Positions 18,141 to 27,353 of a stretch of DNA of 64,000 bases are shown here, in pieces. Position 1 is the first letter of the stretch, and each line of letters starts with the position of its first letter. Both the position numbers and the translations under genes were made by a program. The stretch comes from Candidatus Brevefilum sp. (GTDB lineage Bacteria; Chloroflexota; Anaerolineae; Anaerolineales; Anaerolineaceae), in the NCBI GenBank assembly GCA_019428905.1, contig JAHYJN010000002.1, positions 14,071 to 78,070 of the forward strand. The letters run 5' to 3'. The notes under the pieces were generated by a model. The model had not been told where the DNA came from. It ran no database searches and saw only the letters and a program-made list of their open reading frames with translations.

Positions 18141-19745
18141 TTATTCTTGCGAGTCAGCATCCTGAATTTCTTCATCCGCAGGTTCTGTTGCTTCGCTTTC
18201 GAGTGGTTCTTGATCGTTCTCCTGGTTGATTTCATCATCAATCACCGGAGGGGAATCAGCGGTTACCTCTACCGAGTCAGGTTCGGGCTCATCAGTAAGT
18301 TCTGTTTCAACTGCTAAATCATCTGATACTTCGCCTGTGATCTCAACAGACTCAATGGTCTCTTCTTCATCTGTTGTTTCAGCAACTTCTTCCTCAACTT
18401 CTTCTGGAATCGGTTGACCGGTCCCGATCAATTTTAACCGGTTTCTTAATTGCAAATTGATGGTTCGCGTGACCCCTTCCATACTGATCATACGGGAGAA
18501 CCCATCATCACCCATTTCTTTCTGAAGCGCTTCAACCCTCCCCGATTGGAAGACTGCACTCATCACCTCATTAATTTGTTCGGTAAACAGCTCCTGGTTC
18601 AGCTTCAAACCCTCCGCGTCAACCAGCGCATCCGAAATCAGTGACCGTTCCAGTCGTAGCTTTGCAATGGGTTTGACTTCTTCCGTGATGAATGTCGTCT
18701 CGTCTGTGTCGCGCAATTTAAGGTAGGTTTCAAAATCCAAGTTTTGATTTTCTAACCGGGATTTGATATCCTCTACAACATGTTCTTCTTCATGTTCCAG
18801 CATTTGTGGGGGATAGTTCATGCTCGATTTTTCGGTGATTTCAGTCATCACAGCATTGTAGTATTCCCGTTCATAATTTTCTTCGTGTTCAGCCTGCATT
18901 TGCTTTTCCAACGCTGCTTGAAAATCGTCAGCTGTTTCGTAATTTCCCAGACTTTGAACAAAATCATCGTCAAATTCTGGTAATTCTAAAGCTTTTACAG
19001 ATTGAACTTCCACGGTGAAAATGGCTGTTTTGCCTTGATAGTCTTCCTCTTCGTGATCCTCAGGGTAAGTGTATTGGCGTTCAACCACATCACCTGCGTT
19101 TACACCCAATAGTGTACGGCTGAATCCAGGGTATGGCCACTCATTGTCATTGACTTCATCCTTTTCAGGGATGACCACTTGCTGTGGGGTCTTGTCTGTA
19201 ATCGTGGCATCCTCATCTTCACCGGGGTTTAAAAACTCTCCACTTAGGCTGAAGTAGACCAGGTCGTTCTCCTGAGCGGGACGATCCGCCGGGACAATCG
19301 TGGCTGAATTGCGCCGCAGTTGCATAATGTAGTCATCAACAGCAGCGGTTTCAAAAGGTGTTGGTTCGTATGGCACACGAATTTCGCGATAATCGCCGAG
19401 GTCAACTTCAGGTTCCAAAGGGACAATTAACATAAATTTTGGGGGATCAAAATTGTCCATCGATTCGAGCGTCCCCACACCAGAAGGCTCAATATCGGCT
19501 TCCTTTAAAATTTTCGAGTAATCATCATCGATCAGAAGGTCAATTGCTTCTTGCACAATGGCACCTTCTCCGTAATGATTGACAATCACCTGGTAAGGCG
19601 CTTTACCTGGTCTGAAGCCTGGAATTTTTGCGTTCTTTGAGATTTGTTTGGCTGCACGCCGCTTAAACCCTTCAAACTCCTTGGATTCATACTCAACGGA
19701 TAATTTCGCTTGTCGATCTTCTAGAATTTCTTTTTCAATTTTCAA
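18141..19745 (-). CDS. tig: Trigger factor with a C-terminal acidic extension of about 90 aa
   Basis: GFRPGKAP ribosome-binding signature. The start is placed at TTG 19745 with AAAGGAA upstream, because the longer 607-aa track ORF runs through a tRNA gene. Confidence 0.85.
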   Translation of the reverse strand: MKIEKEILEDRQAKLSVEYESKEFEGFKRRAAKQISKNAKIPGFRPGKAPYQVIVNHYGEGAIVQEAIDLLIDDDYSKILKEADIEPSGVGTLESMDNFDPPKFMLIVPLEPEVDLGDYREIRVPYEPTPFETAAVDDYIMQLRRNSATIVPADRPAQENDLVYFSLSGEFLNPGEDEDATITDKTPQQVVIPEKDEVNDNEWPYPGFSRTLLGVNAGDVVERQYTYPEDHEEEDYQGKTAIFTVEVQSVKALELPEFDDDFVQSLGNYETADDFQAALEKQMQAEHEENYEREYYNAVMTEITEKSSMNYPPQMLEHEEEHVVEDIKSRLENQNLDFETYLKLRDTDETTFITEEVKPIAKLRLERSLISDALVDAEGLKLNQELFTEQINEVMSAVFQSGRVEALQKEMGDDGFSRMISMEGVTRTINLQLRNRLKLIGTGQPIPEEVEEEVAETTDEEETIESVEITGEVSDDLAVETELTDEPEPDSVEVTADSPPVIDDEINQENDQEPLESEATEPADEEIQDADSQE

Positions 19746-19780
19746 TGCGTATTCCTTTAAAATAAAAATTTTACTTACTG

Positions 19781-19862
19781 TGGGGAAGGAGAGGGTCGAA
19801 CTCTCACGCGTTGCCGCACGTGATCCTAAGTCACGCCTGTCTGCCAATTCCAGCACTTCCCC
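19781..19862 (-). tRNA. tRNA-Leu (anticodon TAG)
   Basis: Manual fold: acceptor GGGGAAG/CTTCCCC, anticodon stem CGTGA/TCACG with loop CTTAGGA, long variable arm GCG-GCAA-CGC, T-arm GAGAG-TTCGACC-CTCTC, discriminator A. No CCA is encoded. Confidence 0.85.
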
Positions 19863-20000
19863 TATTAATTGTAGGTGAATTATACGCGAGAGGAAATTTA
19901 TCGTCAATAAGCGACCCTGATCAGCGTATAAGAAAAGCATTAATGTTCGAGTATAATTTGCCATCGAAAAACCATTGTGATTTCATCAAAGGAGCTGTGT

Positions 20001-20423
20001 GTGACGCAAATTATCAAAACTTCTACGCCAGGCAAAGAGCGTGAACAATTGTCCAAAGCCATTGTGATCACCATCCGCACATTCATGCGCCAGGGAGAAC
20101 CTGACCATAAAACCAAGGACATGGTCGCATTTGTCATCTTAGCGCTTAAGCAGATCTCAGACGGGATTGATCAATCGGTGGCAGCTTGGGAAAAACGTGG
20201 TTACTGGGTTAAGGCTGATAAATATCGTTTAGAATGGCAATGGGCAGGTGATATGTCTCAAAAATTACAGCGCGCTTTTTCGGATGAGGACTGGGGAAAG
20301 ATTGCAGAATCCTTATTAGAAACAATGACACATTTTTCAAACATCAAAGTCAGCGACCGCCACCGGATGGGTCAGCCATGGATGAATGCATATAAAAACT
20401 ATAAAAACCTGCTTAACAAGTAA
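20001..20423 (+). CDS. Hypothetical protein (about 140 aa)
   Basis: In-frame GTG at 20001, 6 nt after RBS AAAGGAG. I recognise no family. Confidence 0.45.
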   Translation: MTQIIKTSTPGKEREQLSKAIVITIRTFMRQGEPDHKTKDMVAFVILALKQISDGIDQSVAAWEKRGYWVKADKYRLEWQWAGDMSQKLQRAFSDEDWGKIAESLLETMTHFSNIKVSDRHRMGQPWMNAYKNYKNLLNK

Positions 20424-20590
20424 TCCTTGCCTGAAAGCTAGTTAACAGCCAACAAGTAGGTGGTGATTGATGGTACTATTGGTACGGGATAAATGACAAT
20501 TCGCATCAAACAAAGGATTCGATATACTTAGCCTGGCAATCATCCGAAAACCTTACTCACCCAATTAATTACAAGGATATTTTCGTCTCC

Positions 20591-22702
20591 ATGCCACACA
20601 ATCGCATCAATCAGCATCCCATATTATCCATCCCTGATCGTGATATCATCGAATTCTTTTGGCAGAATCGCCCCATAACAGCAAAACTGGGTGAAACAAT
20701 CTCTTCGGCATTGATCGCGAATGGGATTGATATATTTGGTCACCACCCCAAAGATGGATCTCCTCAAGGATTGTTTTGTGCTAACGGCCAATGTGCCCAA
20801 TGTATGGTGCTGGTGGAAGGAAAACCCATCAAGTCTTGTATGACCAAGGTTGCTCCTGGATTATCGGTGATGCCGTTGGATGGCTTACCGGACGTTGCAC
20901 ATTTATCAGAAAATGGCATGGTTATCCCGTTTGAAGGAAAAACCGAAATTGAAAAATTTCCGGTTTTGATCCTGGGTGGTGGGCCGGCAGGTTTATCAGC
21001 GGCCATTGAGCTGGGAAAATTAGGGGTTCGAACCCTGTTGGTTGATGACAAATCCCAACTCGGTGGAAAGCTTGTCTTGCAAACCCACCGATTTTTCGGC
21101 GCGACGAAAGCGGTCTTTGCGGGCACGCGCGGGATTGAGATCGCGACAAAACTTGCTGATCAGGTAAGTGAATATGGATCAGTAGAAACATGGTTAGAAA
21201 CAACAGCTGTAGCAATTTATGAAGAGAAAACGGTAGGCTTGTGGCGAGCAGATCGAGATGAATACATCCTGGTGAAACCGGATGTTCTCCTGGTGGCAAC
21301 AGGTGCCCGTGAACGCAGTCTACCTTTCAAAGGCAACACTTTACCCGGGATTTATGGCGCAGGCGCTTTCCAAACCCTGGTCAACCGTGACCTGGTGCGT
21401 CCAGCGGATCACCTTTTCATTGTTGGCGGCGGTAATGTGGGTTTGATTGCAGGTTACCACGCCCTCCAGGCGGGAATTAACGTTGTTGGTTTAATTGAGG
21501 CCTTACCCCGTTGTGGGGGTTACAAAGTCCATGAAGATAAACTAGCACGTTTTAACGTCCCGATTTTAACGTCTCACACGATCATTGAAGCCAGGGGCAA
21601 GGAACGCGTTCAGAGTGTGATCATAGCCGAGGTCGATCCGGAATTCCAACCCATCCCTGGCACTGAACAGGAAATCCGGTGCGATTGCGTGTTAATCGCC
21701 GTTGGCTTAGACCCCGTGGATGAGTTTCTCAAAAAAGCACACGAGGTAGGCTTACCTGTCTTTGCGGCTGGTGACGCTCGTGAAATAGCTGAAGCATCTT
21801 CAGCTATGTATTCTGGCAAGATTAAGGGTCTTGAAATTGCGAAGCACTTGGGAATCGATGTGCCTGAAATCCCAGCATCCTGGCTTGAATTTGAGGCAGT
21901 GCTCAAATCTCACCCTGGTGAAGTTTTACAATTGCCTGAGGTTGATGTCGTAGGGGATGTATTTCCAGTGATGCATTGCAGGCAAGAGATTCCCTGTGAC
22001 CCGTGTGCTAACGTGTGTCCTTATGGTTTGATCCAAATTGACGGCTTTGATATTCGCGGTCTGCCCGAATTTAGCAGTCGCGATGGTAAAAATTGCATTG
22101 CCTGTGAACGGTGTATCGCGATTTGTCCTGGATTGGCCATCACCTTGGTTGATCTGCGGAAAGATCCTGACCAAGCGCTTGTCTCTATACCGCTAGAGTT
22201 TTCAGAAGATTTTATTCATGTGGGCGATGTGGTAACCGTAACAGATATTGACGGACATCCCCTCGGGCGTTATCCAGTTAACAGGCTTCGGACGCTGCGT
22301 CAATTTTCAAACACCCTGATCGTCCAGATACAGGTCCCCGCCCAAATCGCCGCACAGGTATCAGGGATTCAACTGGTTGCAGGTTGGTCATCATCCGAGG
22401 ATGAGACAGATCATTTCCTGGAGACGACTGAACAGGATACAATCATTTGCCGCTGTGAACATGTCACAGCGGATGAAATTCGCACATTGATTAGAAGTGG
22501 TGTGCGTGACATCAACCAGCTTAAAGCAGCGACAAAAGCAACCATGGGAGCCTGTGGGGGTAAAACCTGTCTTTCTCTGATCAGGAAGATCTTTCGTGAG
22601 GAGGGGGTCCAACGAGACGAGGTCACCGACCCGATTCAGCGACCTGTATTTGTTGAAGTACCAATCGAGATCTTGGCGAAGAATCAGCAAGAGGATTTTT
22701 GA
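20591..22702 (+). CDS. Multi-domain Fe-S flavoprotein: N-terminal 2Fe-2S (HcnA / sarcosine-oxidase-alpha-N-like), FAD/NAD(P) pyridine-nucleotide-disulfide oxidoreductase, 2x[4Fe-4S] ferredoxin-like segment, and C-terminal BFD-like [2Fe-2S] module
   Basis: CANGQCAQCMV..KSC; GGGPAGLSAA and VGGGNVGL dinucleotide folds; CDPCANVCP..CIACERCIAICP; CRCEHVTADEI..ACGGKTC. Confidence 0.75.
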   Translation: MPHNRINQHPILSIPDRDIIEFFWQNRPITAKLGETISSALIANGIDIFGHHPKDGSPQGLFCANGQCAQCMVLVEGKPIKSCMTKVAPGLSVMPLDGLPDVAHLSENGMVIPFEGKTEIEKFPVLILGGGPAGLSAAIELGKLGVRTLLVDDKSQLGGKLVLQTHRFFGATKAVFAGTRGIEIATKLADQVSEYGSVETWLETTAVAIYEEKTVGLWRADRDEYILVKPDVLLVATGARERSLPFKGNTLPGIYGAGAFQTLVNRDLVRPADHLFIVGGGNVGLIAGYHALQAGINVVGLIEALPRCGGYKVHEDKLARFNVPILTSHTIIEARGKERVQSVIIAEVDPEFQPIPGTEQEIRCDCVLIAVGLDPVDEFLKKAHEVGLPVFAAGDAREIAEASSAMYSGKIKGLEIAKHLGIDVPEIPASWLEFEAVLKSHPGEVLQLPEVDVVGDVFPVMHCRQEIPCDPCANVCPYGLIQIDGFDIRGLPEFSSRDGKNCIACERCIAICPGLAITLVDLRKDPDQALVSIPLEFSEDFIHVGDVVTVTDIDGHPLGRYPVNRLRTLRQFSNTLIVQIQVPAQIAAQVSGIQLVAGWSSSEDETDHFLETTEQDTIICRCEHVTADEIRTLIRSGVRDINQLKAATKATMGACGGKTCLSLIRKIFREEGVQRDEVTDPIQRPVFVEVPIEILAKNQQEDF

Positions 22703-23871
22703 TGATGGCTGTAATTGGACAAAACACGTTCGATATCATTATCATCGGCGGGGGTTCAATTGGGGCACCCACAGCGTATTACCTTGCAAAAGCAGGTTTA
22801 AGTGCTCTGGTCATCGACCAACTTCCAAGTGTTGGACAGTCCTCAAATAAACATGCCATTGGTGGAATTCGAGCCACCCATTCAGACCCCGCAAAGATCA
22901 ACTTAGGTAAAAGCAGCCTTGAGGCATTTGCTTCTTGGGAGACTTTGCATGGTGATGATATCGAATGGCACCAGGGGGGCTATTCCTTTGTTGCCTATAC
23001 GCAGGAGCACGCAGAACTGCTGCAAGACCTGGTGGTTTGGCAAAGACAAAACGACCTCAACATCTCATGGCTTGATCAGGGCGACTTGCTAGCTGAAATT
23101 CCGCATCTGAATCCAAAAGATTTACTCGGCGGCACCTTCTCCCCTGAAGATGGCAGCGCATCGCCATTAAAAGCGGCATTCTCTTTTCACAAACAAGCGG
23201 CTCAGGCGGGCGCTAGGTTCCACTTCAACGAAACGGTGATCGATTTTATTATGGAAGGCAGCCGAGTGAGTGGTGTGCGGACAGATCGTGGTCAATATTT
23301 TTCTCCCTGGGTCATCAATGCTGCGGGTGGTTGGGCGAAGCCGCTTTCTGCCAAGATTGGTTTACACGTCCCGGTTGAACCCGATTCGCATGAAGCCGCC
23401 ATTACCGAACCAGTCGCGCGCATCTTTCACCCGATGATTGTCGACATGCGTGCCAGGCCTGGATCAGCTAATTTCTATTTCTATCAGCATCCCACCGGTA
23501 AAATCATCTTTTGCATGACCCCGGACCCCCCGATCCTGGGAACTCACACCATCGCCTCCAGTGCCTTCTTACCCAAAGCGGCCCAGCGATTGGTTGAGGT
23601 TATGCCCATCCTCAGACACATCCGGGTGCGGCGTGTTTGGCGCGGCGTTTACCCGATGACACCGGATGGCAGTCCCATCATCGGTCAGGTGGATGGATTG
23701 GAAGGACTGCTGTTAGCGGTTGGGATGTGCGGTCAGGGTTTCATGTTTGGGCCAGGTGTCGGGCAGTTGCTAACCCACATCGTATTGAATGAACTTGACG
23801 AAGCGGATAAAATCATCTTACAAAGCCTAACCTACCATCGGGCATTTACAACAGAGGAAATGCTTAAGTAA
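22702..23871 (+). CDS. FAD-dependent oxidoreductase of the DAO family (HcnC / sarcosine oxidase beta / opine or proline dehydrogenase beta-like)
   Basis: IIIIGGGSIGAPTAYYLAK dinucleotide fold and the DAO-type C-terminus GMCGQGFMFGPG. Start candidates TTG 22699, ATG 22702 and ATG 22705 overlap the upstream TGA, which suggests translational coupling. Confidence 0.8.
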   Translation: MMAVIGQNTFDIIIIGGGSIGAPTAYYLAKAGLSALVIDQLPSVGQSSNKHAIGGIRATHSDPAKINLGKSSLEAFASWETLHGDDIEWHQGGYSFVAYTQEHAELLQDLVVWQRQNDLNISWLDQGDLLAEIPHLNPKDLLGGTFSPEDGSASPLKAAFSFHKQAAQAGARFHFNETVIDFIMEGSRVSGVRTDRGQYFSPWVINAAGGWAKPLSAKIGLHVPVEPDSHEAAITEPVARIFHPMIVDMRARPGSANFYFYQHPTGKIIFCMTPDPPILGTHTIASSAFLPKAAQRLVEVMPILRHIRVRRVWRGVYPMTPDGSPIIGQVDGLEGLLLAVGMCGQGFMFGPGVGQLLTHIVLNELDEADKIILQSLTYHRAFTTEEMLK

Positions 23872-24482
23872 TGATCGAAGCTATTGTTTTGGATGTAGGC
23901 GGTGTGATCCTGCGGACAGAGGATCGATCCGGCAGAAAAATGCTGGAAAGCAAATATAACCTACCACCAGGAGGTTCTGAAGCCTTGGTTTTTATGTCAA
24001 GACCAGCGGCAGAATCGACCATCGGGAAAGTTCCCCAGGATCAAATCTGGCTCAATATCGAAAAAGAGCTCAACCTCACGCCTGCAGAACTGAAAGAATT
24101 CCAAGTTGCCTTTTGGCAAGGTGATAAAATTGATTCAGATTTAATTCGGTACATTGAAAGCCAGCGTGAAAAATATACTACTGCCTTATTATCAAACGCT
24201 TGGGTGGGGATGCGAGAAATATTGGCTGAGCAATACCAGATTATCGAAGGAAAAACGGTTGATCATATCTTAATCTCCGCTGATTTGGGCATAGCCAAAC
24301 CTGATCCCCGCATTTACTACCTTCTTGCAGACACGATCAATTGCCCATATGACCGAATCCTCTTCGTGGATGACTTTATTGAAAACATTGAAGCGGCGAA
24401 TGAGCTGGGCATTCAAACGATCCATTACCAACCGGGTATGGATTTGATCAACCACATTCAAATGATGTTAGATCAATATTAG
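23871..24482 (+). CDS. HAD-superfamily hydrolase (subfamily IA-like)
   Basis: VLDVGGV (variant DxD), LSNA and FVDDFIENI motifs. TAATG stop/start overlap with the upstream gene. Confidence 0.7.
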   Translation: MIEAIVLDVGGVILRTEDRSGRKMLESKYNLPPGGSEALVFMSRPAAESTIGKVPQDQIWLNIEKELNLTPAELKEFQVAFWQGDKIDSDLIRYIESQREKYTTALLSNAWVGMREILAEQYQIIEGKTVDHILISADLGIAKPDPRIYYLLADTINCPYDRILFVDDFIENIEAANELGIQTIHYQPGMDLINHIQMMLDQY

Positions 24483-24506
24483 TCACGTGGTGAAAGAAGA
24501 CACGCG

Positions 24507-26711
24507 ATGCAACTTGAACAATTATTAGAAAAACTGCCGCCAAATTACTCCATCATTGATCTAGAGCAGATAAAAAAAGCTTATCACTTGGCTGAAAAAG
24601 CACACGCGGGTCAAACGCTGCCAAGCGGATTACCCTACCTTTCCCATTGTGTGGCTGTAGCAGCGATCCTGGCAGAGTTATCTGTTCCTCCAGATTTGAT
24701 AATTTCTGGTTTGCTGCATGATGTTGTAGAAGACACCCCGATTACGCTTGAAGAGATCCAAAAGGAATTTAATCCAGAAGTTGCTGGTTTGGTCGATGGT
24801 GTTACCAAGTTGACCCATCTACCTAAGTTGCTCAGGGGGGATCAACCTGTCAGTAAATCTCTCGAGACCAAAGAAGCGCTCCCGCACCGAAAAATTCGTG
24901 AAGAGGATATTGCTGAAGCGTTGCGCAAGACATTCCTGGCGATGAGTGATGATATACGCGTCGTGTTGGTCAAGCTAGCAGATCGGCTGCACAGCATGCG
25001 GACATTATCACATTTCGATCAGGCAACACAAAAAAGAATTGCCCAGGAGACTCTGGATATTTTTGCACCCTTGGCAAACCGGTTAGGAATCTGGCAAATC
25101 AAATGGGAGCTCGAAGACCTCGCATTCCGTTATGTTTCTCCTGAAGAATACAAAGAAATCGCTGAGAAGCTGGCGAACCGCCGAGCGGATCGGGAAACAC
25201 AAATTCAGGATATTATCAAAAGACTCCAAGAGGAATTGGAAGCTGAAGGGATCCAGGCAAAAATATCAGGCAGACCAAAACACATCTATTCCATCTACAA
25301 AAAGATGGCCCGCAAAGGGATGCCCTTTGAGATGTTGATGGATTTGCGTGGGGTTCGCCTGATCGTTGATGATCTGACAGCTTGTTATAAAGCATTGGGT
25401 GTGGTGCATATGAAGTGGCGTCCGATTCCAGGTGAATTTGACGACTACATTGCTGCACGTAAGGATAACAATTATCAATCCTTACATACTGCGGTTATTT
25501 TTGACGATGGAAGACCGCTGGAAGTGCAAATCCGGACTCAAGAAATGCACGAAAATGCCGAATTCGGTATTGCGGCACACTGGCGCTATAAAGAAGACCG
25601 CACAAAGATCAAAGACTCCTACCAGCAAAAAATTAGTTGGCTGCGGAGTGTTTTTGCTTGGCAGCAAGATGATGAGGACGCAGATGACCTGGTTGACAGT
25701 TGGAAATCTGATGTTTTCAAAGATCGCGTCTATGTTTTAACGCCGCAAGGCGACATCATTGACTTGCCCGCAGGATCAACCCCGATTGATTTTGCGTATT
25801 ATGTCCACACCGAAATTGGCAATCGATGCCGTGGGGCAAAGATCAATGGGAAGTTGGTTTCGCTGGATTACCAGCTTGAAACGGGCAACCAGGTTGAAAT
25901 CCTGACCGCCAAACGCGGTGGTCCTTCGCGGGATTGGTTGAATCCCAACTTGGGGTTGGTCCGTACGAGCCGCGCCCGCTCGAAAATTAAGCAGTGGTTC
26001 AAACGCCAAGACCGAGAGTCAAACTTGGCCCAGGGAAAATCGGTACTTGAAAAAGAATTCAAACGACTGGGGCTCAAAAGCGTCGATCTGGAGGGCATCC
26101 TGCCAGAGTTGGGCGTAAAATCCACAGAAGACTTATTTGTTGCGATTGGCTGCGGCGATATTGGCATTGGACGCGTGGTCAATAAAATCGCTGAAATTGA
26201 AGAAGAGCAACTTGAAAAGGATCAAGAGCTTGAACTTGACCTTATCGAAGCGCCAACGGAGATTATGCCCTCAGATGCCATCCGGGTGATGGGTCTCAAA
26301 GGGATTGCTACAACCATGGGAAAGTGCTGCAACCCAATGCCAGGGGATGAAATCATCGGCTATATAACCCGAGGTAGAGGCGCAACTATCCACCGCCAAG
26401 ATTGCCCCAATATATTGCGAGTTACCGAAAAAGAACGCCTGGTGAAAGTCTCCTGGGGGTTGCCGGGCAAAACCTTTACCGTGCCTATTCAAATCAAAGC
26501 TTATGACCGCCAGGGGTTGATGTCAGATATTTCGAACGTAATTTCGGATGAATCGATCGGCTTAATCGATATGAATATGAAGATGAACCAGCACTTGGCA
26601 GTCATCAAGCTAGTAATTGGGGTTAAAGGGATCACCCAGCTCAGCAAGATCTTGACCAAACTGGAAAGCCTCCCAAATGTCTATGAAGCAAAACGTAGTC
26701 GTCCAGGATAA
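24507..26711 (+). CDS. relA: Bifunctional (p)ppGpp synthetase/hydrolase (RelA/SpoT homolog)
   Basis: HD domain HDVVEDT, synthetase motifs RPKHIYSIYKKM and YQSLHT, TGS (VLTPQGD..LP.GSTPIDFAY), and a C-terminal ACT-like domain. Confidence 0.9.
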   Translation: MQLEQLLEKLPPNYSIIDLEQIKKAYHLAEKAHAGQTLPSGLPYLSHCVAVAAILAELSVPPDLIISGLLHDVVEDTPITLEEIQKEFNPEVAGLVDGVTKLTHLPKLLRGDQPVSKSLETKEALPHRKIREEDIAEALRKTFLAMSDDIRVVLVKLADRLHSMRTLSHFDQATQKRIAQETLDIFAPLANRLGIWQIKWELEDLAFRYVSPEEYKEIAEKLANRRADRETQIQDIIKRLQEELEAEGIQAKISGRPKHIYSIYKKMARKGMPFEMLMDLRGVRLIVDDLTACYKALGVVHMKWRPIPGEFDDYIAARKDNNYQSLHTAVIFDDGRPLEVQIRTQEMHENAEFGIAAHWRYKEDRTKIKDSYQQKISWLRSVFAWQQDDEDADDLVDSWKSDVFKDRVYVLTPQGDIIDLPAGSTPIDFAYYVHTEIGNRCRGAKINGKLVSLDYQLETGNQVEILTAKRGGPSRDWLNPNLGLVRTSRARSKIKQWFKRQDRESNLAQGKSVLEKEFKRLGLKSVDLEGILPELGVKSTEDLFVAIGCGDIGIGRVVNKIAEIEEEQLEKDQELELDLIEAPTEIMPSDAIRVMGLKGIATTMGKCCNPMPGDEIIGYITRGRGATIHRQDCPNILRVTEKERLVKVSWGLPGKTFTVPIQIKAYDRQGLMSDISNVISDESIGLIDMNMKMNQHLAVIKLVIGVKGITQLSKILTKLESLPNVYEAKRSRPG

Positions 26712-26752
26712 AAACATCTGATATAATCTCCCTGTCAAATTTGGGATTAACC

Positions 26753-26780
26753 TTTACGAAATATTACACTTGGTGTAAAA
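26753..26780 (+). promoter_or_regulatory. Candidate sigma70-type promoter for the small acidic protein gene
   Basis: TTACGA-16 nt-TAAAAT, about 45 nt upstream of the ATG. Confidence 0.3.
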
Positions 26781-26823
26781 TCGCTTCCGAAAGGTCCCTT
26801 ATTCAATTTTCGAAGGAGGAGAA

Positions 26824-27084
26824 ATGCCTCGAATTCATTGCCATTATATTGATTGTCTTTTCCTTGATGGAAAATATTGCAGTGCTGCAGCGATTGAACT
26901 GGACCCGGACACCGGCTGCAAAACTTATCAACCGAGTGACGATATTGACCTGGAAGATTGGGACGAACATGAAGATATCGACGAATGGGATGAAATTGAA
27001 GAAGACGATGATGATGATCTCTGGATCGATGAGGATGATGATCTTCTCGATTTAGACTTAGATGACGACGACGAAGATTTTTAG
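26824..27084 (+). CDS. Small Cys/His-rich (DUF1540-like) protein with an extreme polyacidic C-terminal tail
   Basis: Strong RBS GAAGGAGGAG and a clean terminator downstream. The N-terminus is HCHYIDC-x7-CSAAAIEL..C. The last 50 residues contain 33 Asp/Glu and no Lys/Arg, and the protein ends in DDDDEDF. Confidence 0.6.
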   Translation: MPRIHCHYIDCLFLDGKYCSAAAIELDPDTGCKTYQPSDDIDLEDWDEHEDIDEWDEIEEDDDDDLWIDEDDDLLDLDLDDDDEDF

Positions 27085-27122
27085 GTTTATCCAATCCTTT
27101 CATTTTGTCCAATATTTGTTTG

Positions 27123-27152
27123 TGAGGTGGTGTTTATCCCCACCTCATTTTT
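27123..27152 (+). terminator. Intrinsic terminator
   Basis: TGAGGTGG-(loop)-CCACCTCA followed by TTTTTG. Confidence 0.75.
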
Positions 27153-27353
27153 GTTGTTGCAGCAGACCACTAAATCATTCAACCCCGGGGTGACCACGCT
27201 TGTTGGGACCAAGTGCTGCTTCTATCAGCAATATTATTAACCAGGCATTGTGATTTGTTTTGAAAATTCAGTATAATTTATTTACAGATCATAATTAGGC
27301 GCAAAGCGTCAGTTCGTTTGTGTGTGATATACAACAAAGATTGGAGATAAACC

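Noticed and set aside
18141-19964. The 607-aa version of the trigger-factor ORF from the track.
   Set aside because: Its first roughly 70 codons run through a well-folding tRNA-Leu gene on the same strand (19781-19862). A TTG at 19745 with an RBS gives the canonical trigger factor N-terminus.
26741-27112. Track ORFs 26741-27055 (+) and 26747-27112 (-), which overlap the small acidic gene.
   Set aside because: They are alternative readings of the GAT/GAA-rich repeat tract. Only the 26824 frame has a strong RBS, a sensible N-terminal domain, and a terminator right after its stop.
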